A stretch of 64,000 nt of DNA from Gordius albopunctatus. Its lineage: Eukaryota. The DNA lies in assembly GCA_964276515.1 (NCBI GenBank), contig OZ193910.1:4216001-4280000 (forward strand), read 5' to 3'. A program made the position numbers and the translations under genes. Of this stretch, positions 44,004-55,400 are shown piece by piece (position 1 is the stretch's first letter; every line of letters starts with the position of its first letter). The notes below the pieces were generated by a model. That model ran no database searches. It had not been told where the DNA came from and saw only the letters and a program-made list of their open reading frames with translations.

Positions 44004-46482
44004 ATGTGAATCATTGAGACATTTAAAACAATGTAAGGAAATAGTTTAGTTATTTTAACATATATTTTGGACGTTCTTATTATATAAATGCGACTTTTTA
44101 ATAAATAAAAAAAATGATGTGAATCATTGAGACATTTAAAACAATGTAAGGAAATAGTTTAGTCATTTTAACATATATTTTGGACGTTCTTATTATATAA
44201 ATGCGACTTTTTAATAAATAAATACAAATGATGTGAATCATTGAGACATTTAAAACAATGTAAGGAAATAGTTTAGTCATTTTAACATATATTTTGGACG
44301 TTCCTATTATATAAATGCGACTTTTTAATAAATAAAAAAAAATGATGTGAATCATTGAGACATTTAAAACAATGTAAGGAAATAGTTTAGTCATTTTAAC
44401 ATATATTTTGGACGTTCTTATTAAATAAATGCGACTTTTTAATAAATAAATACAAATGATGTGAATCATTGAGACATTTAAAACAATGTAAGGAAATCGT
44501 TTAGTCATTTTAACATATATTTTGGACGTTCCTATTATATAAATGCGACTTTTTAATAAATAAATACAATTGATGTGAATCATTGAGACATTTAAAACAA
44601 TGTAAGGAAATAGTTTAGTCATTTTAACATATATTTTGGACGTTCTTATTATATAAATGCGACTTTTTAATAAATAAAAAAAATGATGTGAATCATTGAG
44701 ACATTTAAAACAATGTAAGGAAATAGTTTAGTCATTTTAACATATATTTTGGACGTTCTTATTATATAAATGCGACTTTTTAATAAATAAAAAAAAATGA
44801 TGTGAATCATTGAGACATTTAAAACAATGTAAGGAAATAGTTTAGTCATTTTAACATATATTTTGGACGTTCTTATTATATAAATGCGACTTTTTAATAA
44901 ATAAAAAAAATGATGTGAATCATTGAGACATTTAAAACAATGTAAGGAAATAGTTTAGTCATTTTAACATATATTTTGGACGTTCTTATTATATAAATGC
45001 GACTTTTTAATAAATAAATACAAATGATGTGAATCATTGAGACATTTAAAACAATGTAAGGAAATAGTTTAGTTATTTTAACATATATTTTGGACGTTCC
45101 TATTATATAAATGCGACTTTTTAATAAATAAATACAAATGATGTGAATCATTGAGACATTTAAAACAATGTAAGGAAATAGTTTAGTCATTTTAACATAT
45201 ATTTTGGACGTTCTTATTATATAAATGCGACTTTTTAATAAATAAATACAAATGATGTGAATCATTGAGACATTTAAAACAATGTAAGGAAATAGTTTAG
45301 TTATTTTAACATATATTTTGGACGTTCCTATTATATAAATGCGACTTTTTAATAAATAAAAAAAAATGATGTAAATAATTGAGATATTTAAAACAATGTA
45401 AGGAAATAGTTTAGTCATTTTAACATATATTTTGGACGTTCTTATTATATAAATGCGACTTTTTAATAAATAAATACAAATGATGTGAATCATTGAGACA
45501 TTTAAAACAATGTAAGGAAATAGTTTAGTCATTTTAACATATATTTTGGACGTTCCTATTATATAAATGCGACTTTTTAATAAATAAATACAAATTATGT
45601 GAATCATTGAGACATTTAAAACAATGTAAGGAAATAGTTTAGTCATTTTAACATATATTTTGGACGTTCTTATTATATAAATGCGACTTTTTAATAAATA
45701 AAAAAAATGATGTGAATCATTGAGACATTTAAAACAATGTAAGGAAATAGTTTAGTCATTTTAACATATATTTTGGACGTTCTTATTATATAAATGCGAC
45801 TTTTTAATAAATAAAAAAAAATGATGTGAATCATTGAGACATTTAAAACAATGTAAGGAAATAGTTTAGTCATTTTAACATATATTTTGGACGTTCCTAT
45901 TATATAAATGCGACTTTTTAATAAATAAATACAAATGATGTGAATCATTGAGACATTTAAAACAATGTAAGGAAATAGTTTAGTTATTTTAACATATATT
46001 TTGGACGTTCTTATTATATAAATGCGACTTTTTAATAAATAAATACAAATGATGTGAATCATTGAGACATTTAAAACAATGTAAGGAAATAGTTTAGTCA
46101 TTTTAACATATATTTTGGACGTTACTATTATATAAATGCGACTTTTTAATAAATAAATACAAATGATGTGAATCATTGAGACATTTAAAACAATGTAAGG
46201 AAATAGTTTAGTTATTTTAACATATATTTTGGACGTTCTTATTATATAAATGCGACTTTTTAATAAATAAAAAAAAATGATGTGAATCATTGAGACATTT
46301 AAAACAATGTAAGGAAATAGTTTAGTCATTTTAACATATATTTTGGACGTTACTATTATATAAATGCGACTTTTTAATAAATAAATACAAATGATGTGAA
46401 TCATTGAGACATTTAAAACAATGTAAGGAAATAGTTTAGTTATTTTAACATATATTTTGGACGTTCTTATTATATAAATGCG
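44004..46482 (-). repeat. 113/114-bp satellite array, block 4 (~22 monomers, reverse orientation)
   Basis: Same monomer; ends sharply at ...tatataaatgcg|cttatgtt into unique DNA. Confidence 0.99.
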
Positions 46483-47428
46483 CTTATGTTATTCTAAATA
46501 AATTGATAATTTATTATGTTAAGGCTATATCGCTGACACCAGGCCAAATGAATGAATGAGTTCAAAGAGTTGTAAGACTGGGCGTAGGTGCATGTAAAAT
46601 TTTAATTAATAAATTTAGTTATTTACAATAACTACTCTATCTTAATGTTAAGCATAATTCATTGACCGCAATTATGCCATTATTATTAACTTGAAAAGTA
46701 TTCTAAATCATTCATTAGTTTTTTAAAAAGTAAACATTTTTATATTTACAAAAATATTATAATTAAATATTAAAAAAATTTATACCTTACAATAAAAATG
46801 TAATAAAATAATTTTTCAATAAAACGTGATTTTTCTTCGCCCTCGTTATAAATGTAGTTATGTATATGTAAAACTTTCTAAATTGTTACCCATTCATTAC
46901 GAAAAACTTTGAAAAATATATAAATAGCAAATCCCTAAAATTTTTAATGTTAATTTTTATTCAATGTTTATTATATTTTCTAAAAGCAACCTCTAAACTG
47001 AGATCTCAGTAAACCAACGACGTTATAAATTTGGTTAATGAACGGTCAATTTATTAATTTTAATATGATCAGATATTTTTGATTATTGTGATTGAAGAAA
47101 ATAATAATTTTAACATGAACTGTAATCATTAATAAAATAATTCAACTGCTATGGAAACAATGGTGATTTTGTTACTATATACCACGGTTTGGACAATGTG
47201 GTACATTTTTTAATTAACTGCAGATATTTTATAATTAAATTTTGCACTTGGGTAGTTTTAATTTGCATTTGAATTTTAGTGAGAATTGCATTGAAAGGCG
47301 AAGGTCGGATTTTGTGCAAAACCTTTGCACTAATATAATAGCTTATAAGAACATTTAGTTTCACTGGAAATGTTAAAAGAAAAGGCAATTTTACATTTAT
47401 AACCAAACCCAAGATCCAGCCTTAGGAT

Positions 47429-47673
47429 CATGAGCATTTCAGGGGAAGAAGGGGGAACATATGGATTTTAAATCTAAAGCTCATTATAAATTTAACAAAA
47501 TTATATATCATTTTGCCGAGGGGGGGGGGCAAAAAGGTGCGGCTTATCTCCTCTAAATCCAAATATTTGTTGAAATTTATTAAAATTATAGCTAAAATTT
47601 CAAAAAATGATCATTTTGACCCTCCCTAAGTCATTATTGCCCCCCTCTACACTCGATGCTCGTTACGCCCATG
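47429..47673 (+). mobile_element. MITE family A: decayed 5' fragment followed by a near-complete copy (~47515-47673)
   Basis: G-run, ctctaaatccaaatatttgttgaaatttattaaaatt core and terminal cgttacgcccatg. An upstream catgagc...gggg fragment starts at 47429. Confidence 0.75.
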
Positions 47674-50135
47674 TCATTCATACTATTATTACGATTTTAA
47701 AAAATAAAAACATTTATTTTGCTGTGGTAATAATAAAATTAGGCTTAAAATTCAAAACTTTGAATCATTTTTACCCCCTTCATCACGTTAAGTAATGGCA
47801 TTGAACGTCTAAAGCTAAACTTCCTCCGCATATAACTTAACACAATTTGGCCTCAGCTATACAGACAAAATCCTATAATACGTCCTTGATTTTTCACTCT
47901 TCTCTTGTATCATATGTTCCTATCAGATAGAAATTTATAGAAAACAACGAGGGAAAGTGGGCTCCTAGGGGGTACGGGAACGATGATTTAGGGTAACGCC
48001 TTCACAACTATTGTTTATCCCAATAATTCAAAATTTTCAATATAGAGAGTTGAAAATACAGGAGACGGACTGAAGAAAAACTAAAATTTTTAGTAAAATT
48101 AAGGGAAGGGGGAGGTAGCGAATTAACCGCATATGTTGAGGCGAGAATATATTATGCCTAGCAGTGCTAGACCTAGTAGCTAGACATTTTACTGAGGCGC
48201 CTTTTTGTTTGTTTTTTGAATATACACCGTCACAGGCAAACTTTCATACCCTCATAACCCTGAATCCTTCTGAAGGGGTTGGTTATGAAAAGTTTGTCAC
48301 AGATCTCGCCCCTCACCCTGACAGAATTATGAGAAGGGAAAGATCCAATCAATTTTCTGGAAAAAATCAATCAATCAATTTTAGAATAAAGTTGGGGGGA
48401 GTGATATAAAGCATTATTAATTGGAGGGGGAGAGAGTGCAGTTCTCTCTTTCGTGATCTACTCTACCCTTGGATTTGGATGGATTCGATTTGGACTGTAA
48501 ATTGATCGTGTCAACTTTTGCTGGAAATTTATACAGCATCCGCGCTCCAGTATAGATATAACCATTCCCTCTCACGATAAATAAAATTCCCGCCACCCCC
48601 CGATTACTAGCTACTTCCCTTAGTTCATTTTTTTGCGATAAGCCTATACGAAAAATTATTAGTTGCCTTAGCTATTCAATCGGACAGGTATTAATTGCTA
48701 TTCGTAACATTTGCTTTCTTTTCCCAAATTTCCAACTTTTCATTGCTTTAATAAAATTCTGGCGTTTGCCATGGTGTTTTAGCCTTAAATTCCTTGGCGA
48801 GGAAACCGCGTGGAGGCTATATCACGATTTATTAACGAAAGTGAAAAGCGTCTGAAAACTTTTTGCAGCGATGCAGCCAGGTGTTACTTACAAATGGGAA
48901 GGCATCAAATTCCGGGGAGACGCTGTGTAAGCAAGACAATAATTTATTTTTTAATTTAAATGATTTCATAATTTTTAATAACCTTTTAAATAATTTTATC
49001 TTTATTTTTATTATGATAAAGATTAGTTTTGTCGTCTGTAACCGATAAAAACACTTAAAAATACCGATTTGTAATACTAATTCTATTCTATATATATACG
49101 CCAAATTTTCAGGCTGTGACTTTAATGAGAAAAGTTTTATCGTGATATTTTACTTTTTTATTCAGTTACATTTGATAAGAGAGCCTTAATTGATTACATT
49201 CCTAACAAACAACTAATCCCTTATCATTAAAGTTAAACGCCACTTTGTGTAAACAAAAACAACTTTTAACTTTGTGATCGAATTTTAGTTACATATTGTC
49301 CAAACCTAATGTTCTAAAAGACACCAGAAGAATGTTTCAAGGTCATTGTACATGACTTTATTAACGTTTCATAATTTTGCCCTTTATGAAAAATTCAAAA
49401 TGCGCACTTCAATTTAATTTTTCAATATAGTTTTTATGGATATTAATTTGGAAATATAATTTGAAATGCGTTATCGTACCAATTCATATCACAAAGCTAA
49501 TAGACATGGAATTCGCACACAAATCGATTGCATCGAGATTTTTGAAAGAATACACAAGAGCCAGAATGTTAAGCATTTAGTTTGACCTTGATCTCTCTGC
49601 TGCGCATAAATTGTGCTAAGCAACATTATCAAGTAAGAGCATTCTCATCTCCATTCCACCGCCACCTATCGATTTTATAATTTGCCAGTTTTCTTCGAAT
49701 TCCTTTAAATTCCATCTATCCTGTTAAAAATATAGCTAATTTTTTTAATTTAACGCTAAATGATTTGTTTGAATTTAAAACTGCCTCAAAAAGTAAGATG
49801 GGTGGTGAATTCCTTAGGAACTCAATATTTTGACAGCTATTATTTTATAAAAGATAGTTTTATAATAAATTGAAAATTAAATAAATTTATTTTTTAGATA
49901 TGTTATTAGTCAAAAAATGCATATTTCACCTGAACGAATAAAAAAAATTATCATAATTCAAAAAAGATTTAATATATAGACTGTTTTAATTGCTATGCAA
50001 TTTATGGTTAAATATGAGGTCAATATATCTTTGCAGATTTTAACAACATATTTTTTGGAGATTATTAAGTAATATAAAATAAAAATTAACCAGAATTATA
50101 TTCAGTTGTATGAATGTAAACTTAACTATTATAGA

Positions 50136-50289
50136 CATGAGCGTAGCCGGGGGGGGGGGGGGCAGGGAGGGGCGGCTGCCCCCTCTAAATCCAAAAATTT
50201 GTTAAAATTTATTAAAATTATGGGGCTAAAATTTAAAAAAATGTTCATTTTGCCCCTCCCTAAATCACTATTGCCCCCCTACGTCCATG
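50136..50289 (+). mobile_element. MITE family A copy
   Basis: TIRs catgagcgtag / ctacgtccatg around the family core. Confidence 0.85.
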
Positions 50290-50693
50290 ATACACCTTTA
50301 TTTATAGTAGGTTTGATTTCGTGAGATTTTTCACTACTGATTTTCGGATCCTTAACAAAAGATATGCAGATTATTTGGATCCAATTTCTCTCTTCGTCAA
50401 AATTTATTAATATTTCTAAAAAATTTCTAAATTTATAAAATTTTCTTTAAACCAGTCCTTAGCAAAATCCTAACCTCCCTCCCTCCCCCCCCCCCCCCGC
50501 CGAATATTTTTTGCACTGTTATAAATTAATTTAGATAAAATTATAGAAATTTACTATATTTATTAATTAATTTTTCTAAATTAAGTTAACCTACTCTTAT
50601 CTCAGTTATTGTTCTTCCGCTTCGTTTTTCATCAACAACCAAGATTGAGAAAATAGATCTAAAATCCTGGGCCTTAAATAATATAGCTTAAAT

Positions 50694-50852
50694 CATGGGC
50701 GTAGCAGCATTGGGATTAGAGGGGGGAAATAATGATTTAGGGAGGGGCAAATTGATAATCTTTTTTTAATTTTGGCCATAATTTTAATAAATTTAAAAAA
50801 AAAATTGGATTTATAGGGGGCAGCCGCCCCTCTTTGCCCCCCCCCCCTGGCT
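50694..50852 (-). mobile_element. MITE family A copy, inverted, one end truncated
   Basis: catgggcgtagc followed by the reverse complement of the family core; ends at ...ccccctggct. Confidence 0.85.
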
Positions 50853-51240
50853 GTGGTGTAAATTACTATTCATAAGTTAATATCTCTTGTTAATAAAATG
50901 AATTCTAAAAGGCTGTGAAAAGGGTACTTAGTGCTTGCAGTGATTTATCTTTTATTTATTGTAAATAACTTAATGAATCAATGCCTCCTTATCAAAAATT
51001 TTTACGTTTAATTTCAAGACCACCTTTTTTTTATTTAAGCCCAACCGATCGTTAGTTTTAGTCAAATTTGGTGTTATTTTACCATATATAATAATAAATA
51101 TTAAATATTTATTTGCAATTGATATGCAATTTAATACTAAAATAAGTATTTAAATATATCCACCGGTTTGGAAGAATTGCGGCAGATAAGTAATTATAGA
51201 CAGCGAATGATGAACGTTATATCAATTTATAACATAGTTA

Positions 51241-51520
51241 CAGGCGCGTAGCCAGGATTTTCTCAAGGGGAAGAAAAATTCCAAAAAATTTTCGACACTT
51301 TTATTTATAATGTAACAAAAGTAAACTTCGGGTACAAAATATACGAAACTTCAAGGCGCGCTATATAACCAGCTTTGGAAAAATATCCTCTCTTCATTAA
51401 TCAGAGCATTTACTATCGCTTTTATACCTTAAAAAATGACATGGACCTTCAAAAAAATTTTCAAATTTTGGTCAAGGGGGCAGAAAATTTCCGCTTTCTG
51501 TCCCCTTGGCTACGCGCCTA
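51241..51520. mobile_element. MITE family B (280 bp, hAT-type non-autonomous element)
   Basis: TIRs caggcgcgtagcca / tggctacgcgccta (13/14) and a perfect 8-bp TSD catagtta at 51233-51240 and 51521-51528. Confidence 0.93.
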
Positions 51521-52400
51521 CATAGTTAAATTGATTTAAAAATTATTTTTAAAATGTTTTGTTGACTCTAAAATAAAGTGGGTACAAGCTTTGTCTTTGA
51601 AGTAGAGGCTCGCTGGTTCAATTATATCACATCGTTAACACGGCTGTCACGTCAGGCCTGGATAGCCGAGCGTCACCCCTTATCCAAATATCTAAAGAAG
51701 CTGACCACCTTAGTGTGGCAAACAGCTATCGGAAATTTTTTTGAAAAAAATTTTGGTATGAACTTTGAGGGAATATAGTGAAGACACTAGAATTAAATTT
51801 GATAAACAGACATAGGAAATAAATTTCAGCAGCACTTAGTCTGTCCTCACTTGAGTAAAATCAAATTACCCCCCCCCCCCTCTTAGATTAAAACGCTAAA
51901 AACGCGAATGCTGAAAAAATCCTCATCCGTATAATCTAACATTAAATTTGGGTGCCAACAAATGCACATTATTTGTTCTATTATATTAAAAATAATATAA
52001 ACGAACATTTGTATGAAATTTTTAGGTGGTTATGTTATATGCATTAGTACATTATAACTGTCCTTAATCTTATATTAGGCAAGAATTATATAGTGTAAAA
52101 AAGTTATGAATTTGGTTTCAATCTAAAAAATTTTGAAGCATAAAAATTCATAATTTTAAAGTTAGATATACATTACAAAATCTAGTTGATTGAATTGTAG
52201 CAGTGGAATCTTCATTCTCCCATAACTTATTTATGTTGAGGATATTTTTTACACATGGGAATATACAATAAATACAAGATTAAATTATTACTATTTATTT
52301 TATTAAAAGACTCTATTTTTATGAAAAGAGACTGTTATATTATAATTAGGGTAGTTTTGTGGCTTTTTTTAATGACGCAAACAATTTTTTATCAATTTAG

Positions 52401-55400
52401 TAATCACCTTTTTGTCTGTTGGCTTAAATAACAGAGGTGGGGCATATGCTATAAGTCGGGAGAGAGATGTTCCATCATGGGTCCGCCATAGTCCTTTGAG
52501 AAGCTCGCAAACCGGTGGTAGGCAGCAATCGCCTGCATTTTTCAACGTCGAAAATGCCGCTCCGGGAGGGAGTGGACCTGTTAGAGCTCGTTCAGTTTCA
52601 CCATTACGATTTTGGCAAACGGTCCAACACGGCCCTGGAGGTGGGTCTGGTACTCTGTATGACGCTGCTCACGCACCGCAATTAAGCCCAGCAGTTGGTC
52701 ACTATCATGCACAAAGTCCTTATGAACAGCACCTGAATTCCGCTAGTCCACAACAAACTACATATTACCCGCAACAAGCACCACAGCAACTACAACGCCA
52801 AAACCAACCATCCCAATATCAACCACAGTATAACTATTGTCAAGAGGCACAACAGCGAGGTTTGCTTTTTTCATCCTAATTAACTAAAGCTTAATAGATT
52901 GATTAAATTGTTGAGATTTTTCAACTAAATTTGAAATAATTATCAGGAAATGTTGGCCAAAATCAGGGATACAGTAACACAAACGTGCCTGGAGGCAATT
53001 ACCCCTCATATGGCAGAGGGCCCGTTCAATATCAGGCGCAACAGCAACCGCACCCTCAACAATTATATCAACAGAGCTCTGGGCCTCAAGGCTACCCAAA
53101 TTATTACGTTGAACAAGGTCAGAACTCTAAGCCCCCCCAACAATGGACATCGCCTCAATATCAACCTAGTGGAGTTCCGTATCAACAGCCTGGCCCCTAT
53201 CAACACCAAAATGCTGGCCAATCATATGCTCATACGTCGCCACAAAGGCAATTGGGCTCGGCAGAAGGTCATCCTGTAAATTGGAATGAATACGGAGGTA
53301 GCGATAATCAGCGAGGCTTTTTAAGCATAAACACCCCACCCACCACGCAATACAATTACAAAAGCAACCTGAGCATTGGGACACTTTCGGAATATGCACA
53401 CCCGCCTCCTACTCGGAGGTAAAAAATATGTCATTGATTGATCTCTCTAAAAGCTAAGGCCTTGTTGCTATGAATGGGCATTGTCAGCGACGGATCAACC
53501 TTATTTTCTATTTTACGTGCATAATTGTAAATAGCTCACCTTCAACAACTAACCACCTTTGTGCTAACCAGCTTTCTTTAACTGATCGCGTTGGTACTAA
53601 TGTGTTCCTCACTATGGCGATATTACATTCTTATCTTCAATATAAACATTTGTCACTCATTGCATGTGCATTATTACTAATTATATTATTTTATCTTATC
53701 ACGCGCATGTATTTCAATTCATGAACGCCAATGTTTGCACTTGATTTTTCTATATTACTGTGTGTTGATTCTGCAACATGTAAAAATAAAAAATAGTCTC
53801 TTTCAACATTACTAAATCATTAATATAATAAAAATTTTAATGTATTTTTTCTAAATTATATGATGCACTTGGCTATAAAAATGCCCGGATGCTTATTTTT
53901 TACCTTGAATTCCAAAGTTAAAAGGGCAATTCATATGATAAATTTCAAGCTTAAATTATATGCATTTAAAACATAATTTAAGAATAAAAATCGTAAATGA
54001 CTTCTATACAGTGGCGTACGCAAGGGGGGGTTTTAGGGTTCAAACCCCCCCCCCCGCGGATTTCGAAAAAATATTTTTTATTTTCTAATATAGCATTATA
54101 TAGTAAATATTATAAAATGAGTGCTATTTAATTAACTATGGAGAGCTGATGGGTTCAAAAGCATCAAGCAATAAACCGCTTTTTTGAATTAAGAGATTCA
54201 ATCATCACAACCCTTGAGCAGATTAGTGAATGGGCAGACAATGATTCCTCTTCGGGTGCCATGCTATTGGTATCAGCACTTAAAACTGGCCATTTTTGGT
54301 TATCATTACACACACTAAAGCAAATCTTTGCTTATACTTTAAATCTTAGCATTCATTTGCAAAGCGTTAACCTGGACTTATCACAGGCAATAAATGCGGC
54401 CGAAAACGTTGTGGAAGCTATTAAATTAATTAGAAATAATTCTCAGGTAGAGTTTTCCAGGATTTTTAAATATGTCACATTGATGGGAAAACAATATGAC
54501 TTTGAGATTTCGATTCCCAGAGGAAATGTCCAACAAACCCCAGAGGCTTATTATAGAATAACTCTGTATAATGCATTCTTAGACACTTTTTTGGTAGAAA
54601 TGGACACAAGGTTTCTTGAGAATAAACAAATTCTCATGGGATTTCATTCTTTACTACTACAACCACCTGTAAAGCTATCTGAAGTTAAACTGGCGAACTT
54701 TTTGAATTTAGCGAATTTTTATGGGGATGATTTGAATGGAAATCAAGAAATTTATGAGGCTGAGATTAAACTCTGGTATCAATCTTTTAAAGATTGTAAC
54801 CCTGAAGTCCTGCCTTTTAATGCACTAAAAGCATTGTCGGATTATAATTCCAAGCTGCTTCTATATCCAAATATAAGAGTGTTATACCAGATTTTAGCAA
54901 CACTCCCAGTAACAACGTGTTCTAATGAAAGAAGTTTTTCTACGCTGAGAAGACTTAAAACTTACTTGAGGAATACAACTGGGCAAGAGAGGTAAATACA
55001 TTTCATTACAAACTCTTAATTTTATATAGGCTTATAGGTTTGACCTTGTTGAATATTCATAGAGATTTAATTCCAGACACTCAAGATATAATCAATGAAT
55101 TTTTATCTAAATCGCGCAAATAATTTTTTCCCTACTATTTATTTTATAAAATTATATGATATGACGTTTATAATAAATATTTTTTGTGAAAGTGTTTGTA
55201 TTTAAATAAATTGTAAAATTAATATGATTCTGATTTAAAAACCCTCCCCGCAGAAAAATCCTGCGTACGCCCCTGCTTCTATAAATACTTGAAACAACAA
55301 CCTTGTCATTATAATATAACATTATTAGTTAATGTTTTTACCTTTTAAAATGCGGCGAATAACATTTTTCATGGTGTATTATTGATCATATCACTTAAAC

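Noticed and set aside
11755..44049. ORFs containing X runs
   Set aside because: Artefacts of translating through N gaps.
34..46404. Dozens of MTKLFPYIVLNV... ORFs as protein-coding genes
   Set aside because: They are translations of the 114-bp satellite; ORF lengths simply track where 113-bp monomers fall.
1..46482. CRISPR array or other repeat-spacer system
   Set aside because: There are no unique spacers, the whole unit repeats, no cas-like genes are present and the context is eukaryotic.
1..46482. Tandem 5S rRNA, tRNA, snRNA or spliced-leader gene array
   Set aside because: The unit length is near that of 5S, but it is ~23% GC with no recognisable Pol III boxes, cloverleaf or known RNA motif. 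An Rfam scan would settle it.
47149..49104. Short ORFs (47149-, 47607+, 48164+, 48832-, 48863+) as genes or PDZ exons
   Set aside because: No recognisable motif and no consistent splice chain; 47607 overlaps a MITE. Only 48871-48926 is kept as a tentative first exon.
50106..50324. 72-aa ORF with a poly-Gly stretch
   Set aside because: Reads through a MITE-A copy and its G-run.
51578..51778. 66-aa ORF or possible extra exon of the Zasp-like gene
   Set aside because: Composition looks coding-like, but I could not place it in frame with convincing splice sites or recognise a domain.
52884..53724. Overlapping ORFs 52884-, 52950+, 53166- and 53470+
   Set aside because: Alternative-frame or antisense shadows of the Q-rich exon. 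A candidate exon at 53535-53593 ends in a phase incompatible with the next exon.
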